Virus record (IMG/VR): IMGVR_UViG_3300012988_000003
Span: 5,004-69,003 of that record
Reading direction: 5' to 3' (one strand)
Length of the DNA: 64,000 nt
From: a virus
Shown here piece by piece: positions 9,497-20,237 of the stretch; the stretch's first letter is position 1; the number at the start of each line of letters is the position of its first letter. The position numbers were made by a program, and so were the translations under genes. The notes below the pieces were generated by a model. That model had not been told where the DNA came from, ran no database searches, and was given only the letters and a program-made list of their open reading frames with translations.

Positions 9497-10996
9497 ATGC
9501 CCGAAACCATCACCGCCCCCGCAGCACCAGTAGCCACCTCAGCACCGGCAACCACGTCCGCGCCCGCGACTACGGCGGCACCGAGCACTAGCGCAGCGCC
9601 TTCAACCGGTGCAGCGGCAGAAACAACCGCGCCCGCGACTATAACCGAAGCGCCAGCGACTGAGACCAGCCCCTTTGCCGGTAAGTCGATTGAAGAAACA
9701 ATCTTAAAGACGCTCACCGAGAAGCGTGAAGCGCGCGAGAAAGCCGCTAGCGGTGAAGTTGCGCAGCCGGAAAAGACCGACGACGAGAAGCTGGCTGCCG
9801 AACTGGGCACAGATACTCCAGAAGAAGTTAAAGCCGGGGAAGTTAAGACCGGCGATGATCAGAAAACAGAAGCCGAAGCCACCAGTGAATTCGATCTGGA
9901 CGAACCGGACTTCTCGACCAAATGGCTGGACGATCTGGCCAAAGAAAACAAGATCACCTTTGCCGACGAACGCGCCAAGGGCCAACTGTTCAAGGTTGTG
10001 CGCGAGCACAGCGAGTTCCGGCCCATTGCCGAAATCTTCGGTGGCGATCTTGAGGAAGCGCAGGCCGCACAGACAGGCTCGGTCACCTTCCAACATTTTG
10101 ACGGACTTTACGAACAGGCCCACACACCAGAGGGCACCCGTGGATTCCTCGAAGCTCTTGCCGCAAAGCAGCAGCAGGAGCCAATCATCGGGCAGGACGG
10201 TAAGCCCGTTGACGTAGTAAGCGCGCTGTTCAACAACATGCGCGATATGGACTTTGCAGTATTCGAAAAGCAGTTCAAAGAAAAGGGAGACGACGAAGCC
10301 CTTGCCGCGTTGGACATTCTCAGGGAGCGTATATCGCCGAATCGCGCCCCGGCGTCAGAGAACATTCCACCGGAATTGGCTAAGCGTGAAGCTGCTGTCA
10401 AAGAGCGTGAAGAGAAGCTGAATCGCACCCAGCAACAGCAGAGCGAGAGCGCCCGTACCCAATACGAGCAGACCGTTGCCACTGATCTCGACACCGAGAT
10501 TGGCAAAGTCATTGATCCGATCCTCGGGAAAACAGCCTTCTCGCCGGTGATTCAAGCCGACGTGAAGAACAAGATTTTCGACCGCGTAATGGAAGCTCTG
10601 GACAAGAGCCCGCTTTACAAGTCGAAGTCCGAAGTGCTGTTGAACAAACCCCCGACCGCTGAGAACAAGGCCGCACTGATGGCCTTCAAGATGAAGTGGT
10701 TCAATCAGGTTGCGCCACGGGTCATGAAGGAAACCATCAGAGAGTACCGCGACCCTGTAGTCAAGGCCCAGGCGGAACGCGATCAAAAGCAGGCAGCGCA
10801 AGCGATACGCAGCCGGGTAGAACCCAAGGGCCCGAGCGTTTCCACTGCTCCAGTAGCGCAACTCAGCAAAGAGCAGCAAGTCACCAAGACCATCAGCGAT
10901 CTCGCGACGAAACTCGGCCGCCAGCCCAGCCACCTTGAAGTGATTCAGGCAACACTGGCAGCCAAGGCACAGCAGCGGGCGGCGCACGGGTCTTAA
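9497..10996 (+). CDS. Capsid scaffolding protein
   Basis: Disordered Thr/Ala/Pro N-terminus, acidic coiled-coil body, lies between portal and capsid. Confidence 0.75.
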   Translation: MPETITAPAAPVATSAPATTSAPATTAAPSTSAAPSTGAAAETTAPATITEAPATETSPFAGKSIEETILKTLTEKREAREKAASGEVAQPEKTDDEKLAAELGTDTPEEVKAGEVKTGDDQKTEAEATSEFDLDEPDFSTKWLDDLAKENKITFADERAKGQLFKVVREHSEFRPIAEIFGGDLEEAQAAQTGSVTFQHFDGLYEQAHTPEGTRGFLEALAAKQQQEPIIGQDGKPVDVVSALFNNMRDMDFAVFEKQFKEKGDDEALAALDILRERISPNRAPASENIPPELAKREAAVKEREEKLNRTQQQQSESARTQYEQTVATDLDTEIGKVIDPILGKTAFSPVIQADVKNKIFDRVMEALDKSPLYKSKSEVLLNKPPTAENKAALMAFKMKWFNQVAPRVMKETIREYRDPVVKAQAERDQKQAAQAIRSRVEPKGPSVSTAPVAQLSKEQQVTKTISDLATKLGRQPSHLEVIQATLAAKAQQRAAHGS

Positions 10997-11060
10997 CTCC
11001 CAACCAATTCCGCTACCCGGCTTGAGCGCGCAATGCGCTCGCCACTAATGAGGCTTTACC

Positions 11061-12341
11061 TTGCCACAACTGACATCCACTACTTCCGCTGCACTGCAGT
11101 TGGAAGACGTCAATGACGTAATCCCTGTACTCGTTGAGCTCTCGAACAAGCTCGACGCTCGTATCAAAGACAACGGTCGCGCGACCCAAGTCTCCACCAA
11201 AAGCTACCGCGTTCGCATCCAGACCGCCGACGTGGGCGACGTTGCGAAGTTCAACCTTGAAGGCGGCACCCTGCCGACCGGCGGATCCTCGACCTGGGAC
11301 CAGTTCCTGGTCACTCCTCTGGCCTTCGTGAAGCCGATCGAATACACCCGTTTGGCTGATCTGACCGGCGACCCGAAGTCGGTTGCCAGCGAGAACCCGG
11401 TATCGAAAACTATTGCCGATTGCGTCAAGGGCATTCAGGTCCAGCGCGATATGTTCCTGCAGACCGCGGGAGACGGCAAAATCGGCCAGGTCCTTTCGAC
11501 CTACGCCGGTGGCGGCGCCAACCCGATCACCCTTGAGCCTTCACCCTGGGGCGCGCGTCTGATGCGGCGCGGCCAGAAAATCCAGGTCATGTCAAACGCT
11601 TTCGCGCTCCGTTCGACTGCGGTCATCACCAACGTCGTGAAGACGCTGGGCGCAACCCAGTCAATCACGGTTGACGTGGTACCCGGTGGCACGGTGGCTG
11701 GAGACTTCATTGTCCTGGCCGGCATTGCCGCAGGCGGCGCTGATCCGTTCATCAACGGTCTGCCGGTGTTCCACTCGACCTCGACGGCTGGCACCTTGCT
11801 CGGCATCTCCCGCGCCAACAACTACGTTGTGGCGAACGGCGTGAACGCCAACGGCGCGCAGATCACTCTGCCTGTCCTGCGGCTGGCCATGAACCAGGTG
11901 CTGGTTGAACTGGGCGATGAAGCGCTGAAAGATCAGCTCTTCCACACTCACCCCTCGCAGTTGGCTGCGTATGAGGAACTGGGCTTCAAAATCCAGACCA
12001 TGTACTCGGACTCCGGCAAGTTCAACGACAAGGGCTTCGACGGAATGCTCAACGCCCGCAAGATGACCATTGACGGGTACGAGATCATCTCGAACCTCCA
12101 TGCCGACAACCAGGCATGGCACTTCACCAACGTGAAGAGCTGGGGCAAAGTGAAATGGGGCCAGGGAACATTCTGGTTCAAGAACCGCGGTGGCCAGACC
12201 GTGTTCCAGCAGTACGACACGGCCACCGGCACCCCGAAGGCAGTCGAGAACAGCTACCTCGTTGACTGTATCCAAACTTATGTGGACAATCCGAAGCTGT
12301 TGTCTTCGGTCACGAGCTGCAAGCTGCCCACCGGCAACTAG
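11061..12341 (+). CDS. Major capsid protein (HK97 fold, with insertion domain)
   Basis: 426 aa, GAGG RBS + TTG start, strongly biased codon usage, followed by a terminator. Confidence 0.8.
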   Translation: MPQLTSTTSAALQLEDVNDVIPVLVELSNKLDARIKDNGRATQVSTKSYRVRIQTADVGDVAKFNLEGGTLPTGGSSTWDQFLVTPLAFVKPIEYTRLADLTGDPKSVASENPVSKTIADCVKGIQVQRDMFLQTAGDGKIGQVLSTYAGGGANPITLEPSPWGARLMRRGQKIQVMSNAFALRSTAVITNVVKTLGATQSITVDVVPGGTVAGDFIVLAGIAAGGADPFINGLPVFHSTSTAGTLLGISRANNYVVANGVNANGAQITLPVLRLAMNQVLVELGDEALKDQLFHTHPSQLAAYEELGFKIQTMYSDSGKFNDKGFDGMLNARKMTIDGYEIISNLHADNQAWHFTNVKSWGKVKWGQGTFWFKNRGGQTVFQQYDTATGTPKAVENSYLVDCIQTYVDNPKLLSSVTSCKLPTGN

Positions 12342-12399
12342 TTAGCCTGATATTGCCTGAGAGGTTAACCGACCCGACGGCGATGTCAACAACCCAAAT

Positions 12400-12433
12400 G
12401 GGCCGCTCTGAAATATGGGCGGCCCTTTTATTT
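12400..12433 (+). terminator. Intrinsic terminator after capsid gene
   Basis: GGGCCGCTC...GGGCGGCCC + TTTTATTT. Confidence 0.75.
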
Positions 12434-12449
12434 GAAGTGAGGTTTTGCA

Positions 12450-13148
12450 GTGAGAGACGACATCAAAGGCGCAGTACGCGCACCGGAATCGATTCAGGAA
12501 TTTCTTGAGAACTATGGCGGCAGAACGCCCAACGGTGAACCGATGTGGCGCTTAGTGCTGTGCTCCAGCGTTTTCTGGAAGCTGGCCGGAGACTTCAAGA
12601 TATGGGATGAACGTGTCCCACTGAATGAGCGCGGCGGCATCGACATGTGGCACGGTGGCAAGCAGTTTGATACACGGCCCATCCGCGTCGAGTCCGGCAT
12701 GGTGGAGCGGAGAAAGTATCCCCACATTGAAGGCTGGATTTTGCAGAAGTGGTTCCCGCCAACTTTCTACTCGAAAGCTTTCTGGGAAGCGCCTGAGAAC
12801 GCGATGTTTGACGGTACACCGAAGCTTGGACCATGGCCACAGTTTGGCGACTACGAACTGATGTCCGGCCCATACGAGCACGTACCGACGACCGACAAAT
12901 TGCGCGACGAAATCGCGGAATATCACAACAGAATTGAAACCGCGCCAGCCTCGATTAAGCAAAGAACGCTCTTGGCGCTGGCAGCGGCACAGGAAGAAGA
13001 AGACCAGTATGCAGCAAGACTGGATGCAAAGCTCGATGCCTTCATTCGCGACCGGTCAACCTACATCAAGAGTTCATCGCTTGAGGCCGGAAGAATCAGG
13101 ACTGAGTTGGCCAAGCGCTGCGGTATCACCGAGCACGTCGGCGCGTAG
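12450..13148 (+). CDS. Hypothetical protein downstream of capsid
   Basis: 232-aa ORF, GAGG RBS. Confidence 0.7.
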   Translation: MRDDIKGAVRAPESIQEFLENYGGRTPNGEPMWRLVLCSSVFWKLAGDFKIWDERVPLNERGGIDMWHGGKQFDTRPIRVESGMVERRKYPHIEGWILQKWFPPTFYSKAFWEAPENAMFDGTPKLGPWPQFGDYELMSGPYEHVPTTDKLRDEIAEYHNRIETAPASIKQRTLLALAAAQEEEDQYAARLDAKLDAFIRDRSTYIKSSSLEAGRIRTELAKRCGITEHVGA

Positions 13149-13150
13149 CT

Positions 13151-13372
13151 TCATTGAATAAAACGAAGCGATGGTATGCGCTGCTGGCCTATAGCTGGCA
13201 CTCCGTATTCCTGCCGCTCCATTATTGCCTGCTCAAGAGCAAGGAGGTAATCAACCTTGTATTGCTTGCCGCATGGACAGCTAAAAATCATGTCGGCTGT
13301 CTCCTCTGAGTGAACGCGAACCATGCGCTCAAGGCAACAGGACGATAGCGGCAAACCAACATTCATGCACAT
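13151..13372 (-). CDS. Small antisense moron-like protein with CxC motif
   Basis: Fills the gap between late genes on the opposite strand; lower GC. Confidence 0.4.
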   Translation of the reverse strand: MCMNVGLPLSSCCLERMVRVHSEETADMIFSCPCGKQYKVDYLLALEQAIMERQEYGVPAIGQQRIPSLRFIQ

Positions 13373-13425
13373 GCCCAGATTTTAGCAGTACCCAGCACCA
13401 TCACCCCACAAGAAAAGAGAGCAGT

Positions 13426-14421
13426 ATGGACCCGAACTATTTAGAAGGATCAGAAGTATCCACCGCATCAGCCGAAGCAATCAAGAGGCTCAACATTCAA
13501 CCGCCCACAGATCAGGACTTCGACCGCGAAGCCCAGCGCCAGCGCGCCACCATGGGTAAAGCCTTTGACGAGGTATTCACCGCAGCTAACGGTGATGAAG
13601 CCACCAAGCGCTTGCTGAAAAGCCAGAACGAAGAGATCAACAAGATGAAGCGTATCGGCTTCCGTCCGGTCACGATCATCAACCTGCTTCCGTTCAAGCT
13701 GCAGATCAATGGCGTTCTGCACTCGCGGTACAACACCGTGGTTCCCCCGGCACCGCCAGAGCCACAGAAAAAAGGCGGCATACCCTACGGTCGGCGCGTG
13801 CTCGACAGAATCTACTTTGATCACAAAGACCTTGGCTCTGACATGCAGGGCATCGACCAGTTCATTGCCGTGCCGTGGCTGCCGATTGAACTGGCGCAGG
13901 ACTTCGATCGCGAATACAACGAAATTCAAGGCACCGGAGCGGTCTTCTTCTACGAAGGCGACAACGTTCCTGAGTCAAGCCCGGTACTCGCCCACCAGTT
14001 GAAGGAAGCACAGAAGAGCCTCTTCAAGTGGTGCGAGAAGCGCTGCCAGGAAGCCGACCTCGAATTCGCCAACGACGAATCGCGCAAGAACATCACCGAG
14101 ACGCACCGCGAAGCATGGCGCATTTTGAACCGCGCTGCCGTGGTGAAAGACGACGAGAAACCGGCGTGGCTGCATTCGATCTCGACTGGCCGTGTGGCCC
14201 CGGAACTCTGCCCGAATTGCCACAAACCGAAGGATAGTGCGATCTGCGCGAACTGCGGCGTCGTCCACAATCCTCTGGTTGCCTACCGTGATCTGTCAAT
14301 GATCGAGTTTGGCCATGTTTCGTTCGGCAAGATGACCGACGAAGAATACAAAGAAGCGGTAAAAGAAAAAGAGAAGCGCGACAAACGCACCTCTCAGTTG
14401 AATAAAAAGGCCGGTAGCTAA
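13426..14421 (+). CDS. Hypothetical protein with C-terminal Zn ribbon
   Basis: CPNC...CANC motif. Confidence 0.7.
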   Translation: MDPNYLEGSEVSTASAEAIKRLNIQPPTDQDFDREAQRQRATMGKAFDEVFTAANGDEATKRLLKSQNEEINKMKRIGFRPVTIINLLPFKLQINGVLHSRYNTVVPPAPPEPQKKGGIPYGRRVLDRIYFDHKDLGSDMQGIDQFIAVPWLPIELAQDFDREYNEIQGTGAVFFYEGDNVPESSPVLAHQLKEAQKSLFKWCEKRCQEADLEFANDESRKNITETHREAWRILNRAAVVKDDEKPAWLHSISTGRVAPELCPNCHKPKDSAICANCGVVHNPLVAYRDLSMIEFGHVSFGKMTDEEYKEAVKEKEKRDKRTSQLNKKAGS

Positions 14422-14429
14422 AAACATCC

Positions 14430-15119
14430 ATGCTCTATTCCGATCTGAAGGCACGAATCCGCGACCTGGTTGACGATGCCGGTGCAGAGTTTGCGACCGA
14501 CGACTATCTCCAGAGCAAAGTTGCCATGGCCTACGACGATCTCTACAACAAGCTGCGCATGACCGGTGCGCAGTTTGATGAGTCCGTCGTGGAGCTGATC
14601 AATGTGCCAGTCGGTACGTCCGATCTCGGTGCATATTTTGCTTCCGGCAAGGAACTGGAGCTGCTGCTCAATCCGTCGATTGACGGATTCGACTGGAAAC
14701 TTACCGGCCTCGATCCAGTGAATTACCGGACGGCTCGGCTCGTGAGCAAAGTACCGGATGTGCAAGCGGGCCAGTTCATCACGTCATTCGAGTGGAGAAA
14801 AGGAAATCTCTACTTCACTCCGATCACGTCAGCGGTGGACATTCGCATTCGCGGCGAGTTCCTCTTCTCGGCACTGAAGGCAGATGCCGACCCGATTCAG
14901 GCCGGTATCAACGTCGGGAACGTGATCGCGTACTGGACAGCAGCATTGATCGGAATAGTGCGCGGCAATCCGCAGTGGGAAAAGAGCTATCAGTTCAAAG
15001 GCGATTCCGCATTTGATGACATCGCCATCATGCTGACCAAGGCAGACCAAGCCAAGGTACAGCGTGTCGGCAGAACATCACGGCGCAGGTCGCGCAATCG
15101 GGGTTACATCATCCGGTAG
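14430..15119 (+). CDS. Head-tail adaptor (podovirus tubular protein A-like)
   Basis: MLYSDLKARIRDLVDD helical start typical of adaptors; size and position. Confidence 0.65.
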   Translation: MLYSDLKARIRDLVDDAGAEFATDDYLQSKVAMAYDDLYNKLRMTGAQFDESVVELINVPVGTSDLGAYFASGKELELLLNPSIDGFDWKLTGLDPVNYRTARLVSKVPDVQAGQFITSFEWRKGNLYFTPITSAVDIRIRGEFLFSALKADADPIQAGINVGNVIAYWTAALIGIVRGNPQWEKSYQFKGDSAFDDIAIMLTKADQAKVQRVGRTSRRRSRNRGYIIR

Positions 15120-15144
15120 TTAGAGGCCGATGCCTTCGCCCTGT

Positions 15145-15348
15145 TCACCTATCGGCGTCAGTGAACGCGGCGTGATCAGAAGCTAAAGTTGCCTGACCAT
15201 CGAACATTGGTGAGGGTGATGTGTGTAGCTTCCCCTCCATGTTTTGCGCAAGCTGTCTGTATTTCTTCATCTGTAGCAAGTTCGCCAGCAGAGACAAACT
15301 CAGCAATATAACCATCGCGGCAAAAAATAGCCCATTTATGCGTATCAA
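15145..15348 (-). CDS. Small antisense membrane protein (moron-like)
   Basis: N-terminal TM GLFFAAMVILLSLSLLANLL; AT-rich insert. Confidence 0.45.
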   Translation of the reverse strand: MIRINGLFFAAMVILLSLSLLANLLQMKKYRQLAQNMEGKLHTSPSPMFDGQATLASDHAAFTDADR

Positions 15349-15435
15349 AATAGCATCACCCTCTTTCCTCCGCCGGTTGCGTCCGTTTTTAGTTAACCGA
15401 GTTTAGCAAACTACAACAATTTCACAAGCACGACA

Positions 15436-15458
15436 CCCGCCCGCGAGCGGGATTTTTT
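15436..15458 (+). terminator. Terminator-like hairpin
   Basis: CCCGC-6nt-GCGGG-ATTTTTT. Confidence 0.55.
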
Positions 15459-15490
15459 ACGCCCCTAAAGCGGGCAGGAGAAAACAAACC

Positions 15491-15868
15491 ATGGCAAACG
15501 CACTCGCACTGCAAGAAGTGCAGACCGGCAACAACGTGGACGTTTACGTCTACAAACTCACCCTGAGCGGAAACTATGTTCAGGCCGTTCGTGGCACCAA
15601 TACCGGCGAGCGCCTTCAACCGCTCAACGCTTCCAACCTGAACTTTAATCCGAAAGCCTTCCCGGGCAACAAGGGATTCAAGCGCGGCTACGTGATTCAG
15701 GGCGGCGCTGGAAACGGCGTCGAGATCATCCCCGGTGCGGACGCTCTCAACTGGCTTCTTAAAGTCTTCTCGGCCGTCAACACCGAGTTGGTAGCCGGAG
15801 CCTACAACGCAGCCATCACCGGCGATCTGGACTTCACGATCGCGTTCGAAGCTGATCCAGTCAACTAA
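15491..15868 (+). CDS. Small virion (decoration-type) protein
   Basis: Strong AGGAGA RBS, highly expressed codon bias. Confidence 0.65.
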   Translation: MANALALQEVQTGNNVDVYVYKLTLSGNYVQAVRGTNTGERLQPLNASNLNFNPKAFPGNKGFKRGYVIQGGAGNGVEIIPGADALNWLLKVFSAVNTELVAGAYNAAITGDLDFTIAFEADPVN

Positions 15869-15874
15869 ATCATC

Positions 15875-18526
15875 TTGGCAAACTTCACTGGGCATCAGCC
15901 GCACGCCTTAGACAAATTCAGCAGCATGGACGAGCAGTCAGATATTGACAATCTGCCGCTTGGAGTTGCCGCTGTAGCGCGTAACGTCACCTATCGCTTG
16001 ACAGGTGTGCGTACACGCTGGGGCATTGGGCAGACGCTCGGTAATGTGGCTGTGGGATTTAATACCGGAAAGAATTTTCCGGTCACCGGACTGCAATCGT
16101 TCAAGTACAACGGCAACGGAGTCACCGCCGACAAGCAAGTACCTTTGGTTTACGACCAGCAGGGCAACATGTTCATTGAAAGCCCTGCCGGTTCGGGAAC
16201 CCTTGTCCCGGTGGCTCCAGCCAAAAATTCTGACGGCAACAATCTGATTTCGCTTCCAGCAGGCTACCTGCAAGCGGCACAGACATTGAACCGCGGCTAT
16301 CTGGCCTTCACCGATTTAACAAGGTCTACCGGCCTGCCTGCGGCTTACGACCTCAATACCGGGATACTCGATCCGGCCAGCATGAAGCTGTTCGGTTTCA
16401 AGTGGACGGCGGGAACCGCTGTTTCTGTCGGTGAGATCGTGTCGCCAACCTCGGTTGCAGGAAACGGCCATCTCTACCGCTGCACCACAGCAGGAATGAC
16501 AGACGGAGCAGAACCGATCTGGCCGCTGACCGATGGTGGAACCATTGTTGACGGTACCGTGACGTGGACCGAATACACTCCGGTTCTGGCGCAGAGCCTA
16601 CAGACTTTGCTTACCGGGGCACCGGCGGTAGCGCGCAATGCTGGCGCGGGAGCCTTTGCTGCTGCCCGTGACGTGTACATCGCAGTCACCCTGGTCAACG
16701 GCAACGGCGAAACGCTGCTCTCTGGCATCTTCAGTTTCGTCAACACGGTATTGAATGACGCTTTCACCGTCACCAGCCCGACGCTTCCAGCTTGGGTCGT
16801 GGCGCTTACCGGCGCGAACGCGGTGACCGGCTACAACGTTTATGAAGCCGACGTGCCGACTGGCAACGCAGCGCCGATCTCTTCGGCATTCAAGAAGCAG
16901 GCGGGTGGCCCGTTTGCCATTGGCGGCAACGTCACGCTGACGGCTTCAACCGCAGGCGCAGCACCGCCAGTTACCGACCTGTCTTTCATCGTCCCGGCAG
17001 GAAACATATGTGCGGGCCAGCGCTACGCGGTGACGCTCTTCGTGAACCGGAATGGCTACATCACCGGCATGACGCAGGCTTCGGTTGTGGGTATCAACGT
17101 AGCGGCCAACGGTTCGCAGCTTTACATGGCCAATGTCGCCATCGGGCCAAAGAACACAGCACAGCGCATCGTGGCTTTCGGTATCGCCGGTGGAACCAAC
17201 GTCGGGCCATTCGCCTACATTCCAACGACCGATTCGGTCAACGGCATTCAGATGACCTCGACGGTCATCAACGACAACACGACGACCACGGCTACATTCA
17301 ATTTCACCGACATCTATCTCACGCTGCAGATGGCCACGACCACGAACGTGACCGGCTTCTTCGATAAGATCCAGATTCCTAGCTGTGTCGGCTGCTACTT
17401 CTCTCCAACGTTGAACCGGATGATCTGGTTCCCTGATGCGCTGTCTTCCGGCTTCTACATCTCGCCGGTACGCGATCCTGAGACCATCTTCGGTTCAACC
17501 GGCATCCTGCAGGTATCGGAAAACGACCGCGAGAAGCGTATGGGCTGGGTGGACTTTAAATCCGTCCAGTACGTGCTCAAGGAAAAGTCAGGGCATGAAG
17601 TCACTGTCAGCTCGGTCAATCCGTCTCAGTGGACTTCCCGCCGTAGGTGGACCGGTATGGGGCCATGTGGCCTACGTGCTTTCGACGTCGGACCAGATTT
17701 CATCGCCTTCGCGCACCGGTCAGGCGCTTACGTTTTTCGCGGCGACACCCCGCAATGGGTTTCAAAAGAACTCTCGATCACCTGGAAGCGTATCAACTGG
17801 GCTGCCGCTTCTACCATCTGGGTAGCGATTGACGACGAGACGAAGGAAGTAAGATTCGGCGTTCCGCTGGGTCTGGCCACGGTACCGAGCCACATCCTGA
17901 AGCTCAATTACGAAGAGTCGGAACTGATGGATCCGCCGGTTCATTCCTCGATCTACAGCCGCGGAAAGTTCGTCTCTTCAGCGGGCGCGCGCAAATGGTC
18001 GATCGACACGATCGCGGCCAATAGTTGCATCAGGGCCGAAAGGACACTGTTAAATCTGCCAGTTGACGGCAGTTTCGATCAGCAGACCGCACAGTCTCAG
18101 GTTCTGTTCGCATCCTCAAACCCTGACGGCGCGGTTGCCGGTGTGTTGCCGGGAGTTCTGGCCGACCTTACACCGACGGTGAGCGTAGGGATTGACTCGG
18201 TTTATGAGGGCGTCCCGCCGGGAGAAGCGCTGAAAATCCTGCAACTGGGAGGTGTGCAGGTGAACTGCGGCGGCTCGGGCGCTATCGGGATAAGTCTTCT
18301 CTCACAAAACAACAAGGCCACAGCCGACGGCGGCAATAATACTCTGGCCACCGAGAAGATACTGAAAGACCTCATCGCACCGAATATCGCCTACGTGGCG
18401 CAAGCCTCAGGCCATGCCGAACGCTGGCGGTTAAGAGTTTCTAATAAAGGATTCCCCGGGGCAGGTTTTGACCTGAAATCGGCCATCATCTGGGCGCGAG
18501 CGCTATTCCAGTCGAGAACCAAGTGA
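15875..18526 (+). CDS. Tail nozzle/hub (P22 gp10 / tubular protein B-like)
   Basis: 883 aa beta-propeller-like, position after adaptor; includes a carbohydrate-binding-like WTAGT...YRCTTAG...DGTVTW module. Confidence 0.65.
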   Translation: MANFTGHQPHALDKFSSMDEQSDIDNLPLGVAAVARNVTYRLTGVRTRWGIGQTLGNVAVGFNTGKNFPVTGLQSFKYNGNGVTADKQVPLVYDQQGNMFIESPAGSGTLVPVAPAKNSDGNNLISLPAGYLQAAQTLNRGYLAFTDLTRSTGLPAAYDLNTGILDPASMKLFGFKWTAGTAVSVGEIVSPTSVAGNGHLYRCTTAGMTDGAEPIWPLTDGGTIVDGTVTWTEYTPVLAQSLQTLLTGAPAVARNAGAGAFAAARDVYIAVTLVNGNGETLLSGIFSFVNTVLNDAFTVTSPTLPAWVVALTGANAVTGYNVYEADVPTGNAAPISSAFKKQAGGPFAIGGNVTLTASTAGAAPPVTDLSFIVPAGNICAGQRYAVTLFVNRNGYITGMTQASVVGINVAANGSQLYMANVAIGPKNTAQRIVAFGIAGGTNVGPFAYIPTTDSVNGIQMTSTVINDNTTTTATFNFTDIYLTLQMATTTNVTGFFDKIQIPSCVGCYFSPTLNRMIWFPDALSSGFYISPVRDPETIFGSTGILQVSENDREKRMGWVDFKSVQYVLKEKSGHEVTVSSVNPSQWTSRRRWTGMGPCGLRAFDVGPDFIAFAHRSGAYVFRGDTPQWVSKELSITWKRINWAAASTIWVAIDDETKEVRFGVPLGLATVPSHILKLNYEESELMDPPVHSSIYSRGKFVSSAGARKWSIDTIAANSCIRAERTLLNLPVDGSFDQQTAQSQVLFASSNPDGAVAGVLPGVLADLTPTVSVGIDSVYEGVPPGEALKILQLGGVQVNCGGSGAIGISLLSQNNKATADGGNNTLATEKILKDLIAPNIAYVAQASGHAERWRLRVSNKGFPGAGFDLKSAIIWARALFQSRTK

Positions 18527-19461
18527 GTACCTTTACTGACTACATAAACCAGTTGCCGCATGACACTCCAGAGGTATTCCGGCGCATGCTCACTGATCTC
18601 GGTGGGATGGAAGACAGGATTTCAAGGATCCTGCCGGCCTACGGCAACGGTTTTGTGGACATGCCGCTGACCACATCGCCAACGAAGCCGGTCACCCCGC
18701 CGGCAGCAACTTTCACGGTGCTGGGGCTCGACGGCAAGTTCCAGATTACCGTCGTCCTGCCGCAAAACACCGTGGCGCCGAGTGTGGCCATGCGCCGGCA
18801 GTTGATTGTTGAAGACCAGAACTCGCTTCTGGCGCCGATGGTCCACCAGTTACAGTCGGCCACCAGCGTCAGGTTTGACGCGACCAGCGCGACGACGACT
18901 TACGACCTGGGCGCAAATCTGACCTTTGAGGTCCAGGACCCTAACCAGACGAAGTTCTGGCGGCTCAGAAGTTCATTCGACGGGCAGGCGTGGAATGCAT
19001 GGCAGATTTTCATTTCTGCTGCGGTCTGCGGGCCGGTTGCGGTTCAATCCGGCTTTGAGCGGTCAACCTCGGTTGCTCCCCGGTCAGTGCTCAATACCAA
19101 CAATGCGACGGTGAATTCGGTCGATGCCGGGGCCAGCGCAACGATCCGGATATTCGGCGGTGGTGGTGTAGGCAGTTCATACACGCGGTTCGACGGCCAG
19201 GGAAACCAGATCACAACGGCGGGCGCTTCGATTCTTGGAGCGGCTTACACCACGCAGTACGCCATCGTTCTGAATACGCTGCTGGTGCATCTGGCCTTCC
19301 CGACGGCCACACAGTATCTCTCAACGATCGCAGACGCATTTTTCTACATTGCCACGATGACCACGGTAGCGGCTGGTGGTGGTGGTGGAACTACAGGCGG
19401 CGGCCAGACAGGCGGCGGTGGCGGAACTACCGGCGGCAACAACAAGCTCCCGCAACTCTAA
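18523..19461 (+). CDS. Tail-associated protein, Gly-rich C-terminus
   Basis: GTGA overlap with the nozzle gene. Confidence 0.6.
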   Translation: MSTFTDYINQLPHDTPEVFRRMLTDLGGMEDRISRILPAYGNGFVDMPLTTSPTKPVTPPAATFTVLGLDGKFQITVVLPQNTVAPSVAMRRQLIVEDQNSLLAPMVHQLQSATSVRFDATSATTTYDLGANLTFEVQDPNQTKFWRLRSSFDGQAWNAWQIFISAAVCGPVAVQSGFERSTSVAPRSVLNTNNATVNSVDAGASATIRIFGGGGVGSSYTRFDGQGNQITTAGASILGAAYTTQYAIVLNTLLVHLAFPTATQYLSTIADAFFYIATMTTVAAGGGGGTTGGGQTGGGGGTTGGNNKLPQL

Positions 19462-19471
19462 GAAATAACTT

Positions 19472-19834
19472 ATGGCCATAACACAGAAAGAAACGCTGAT
19501 CCCGGAGTTGCATTCAAGGCTGGTCGTGTTCTCTGACCACTTCGGTCATGAGCACAAAGCAATCGTACCGACGCATATTGCAGTCGAAGACCCGATGAAG
19601 CCTTTTCCCGCATGGCCGGTGAATATTCAGGAATTCGATTCCCAGTTATGCAACATCGAGAAGATGATGCGCGACCGCGAGCTGGCGTTTCTACAGCATT
19701 GCCTTCAGCATCCGGAGCACGCTTCACATCCCCTGGTACTCTCGCATCCTGATCACCCGGCAAACAAGAAATCAGAACCGGACTTCAACGCATTTGAAAA
19801 AGCGATGCAGAAGGATTGTAAGGATTGTGGCTGA
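19472..19834 (+). CDS. Hypothetical protein
   Basis: ORF in the tail operon. Confidence 0.55.
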   Translation: MAITQKETLIPELHSRLVVFSDHFGHEHKAIVPTHIAVEDPMKPFPAWPVNIQEFDSQLCNIEKMMRDRELAFLQHCLQHPEHASHPLVLSHPDHPANKKSEPDFNAFEKAMQKDCKDCG

Positions 19835-20228
19835 AGTAGCGATCCGGCAAGCGACACCTGAAGACTGGCCGGGAATACTGAAGTGCCATGCCCAGATTGA
19901 AGAGAAGGTCGGCACAAAGCTGGACCTGCCGGAGTTGAATGATCCGGCAATTCTGGTCTTTGAAGTTGCGGTGTGTGACGGCGAAATAATCAGTTTCAGC
20001 TATCAGGAAAAAGCTATCGAGTACTGCATGGGCGGTACTGACCCGCGTGGTACGGCCGCATTCAAGGCGCGCGTCCCGGAGTTGTTTCGCGGTGCCAAGC
20101 AAATAGGAATTCGTTTCATCCACTGCGCGGTTCCAGCGGAGTGCGAAGCAGTAGGCAAGCATTTGGAAGACAGCGGCTTTTACTCGACCGCCGAATCACT
20201 CCGATATTTCAAACTCGATCTCAGATAG
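19827..20228 (+). CDS. GNAT-fold protein (P22 gp14 / T7 gp13-like position)
   Basis: IRQATPEDWPGI N-terminus and LEDSGF C-terminus of the GNAT fold; lies before ejection genes. Confidence 0.6.
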   Translation: MAEVAIRQATPEDWPGILKCHAQIEEKVGTKLDLPELNDPAILVFEVAVCDGEIISFSYQEKAIEYCMGGTDPRGTAAFKARVPELFRGAKQIGIRFIHCAVPAECEAVGKHLEDSGFYSTAESLRYFKLDLR

Positions 20229-20237
20229 GAACCAAAC

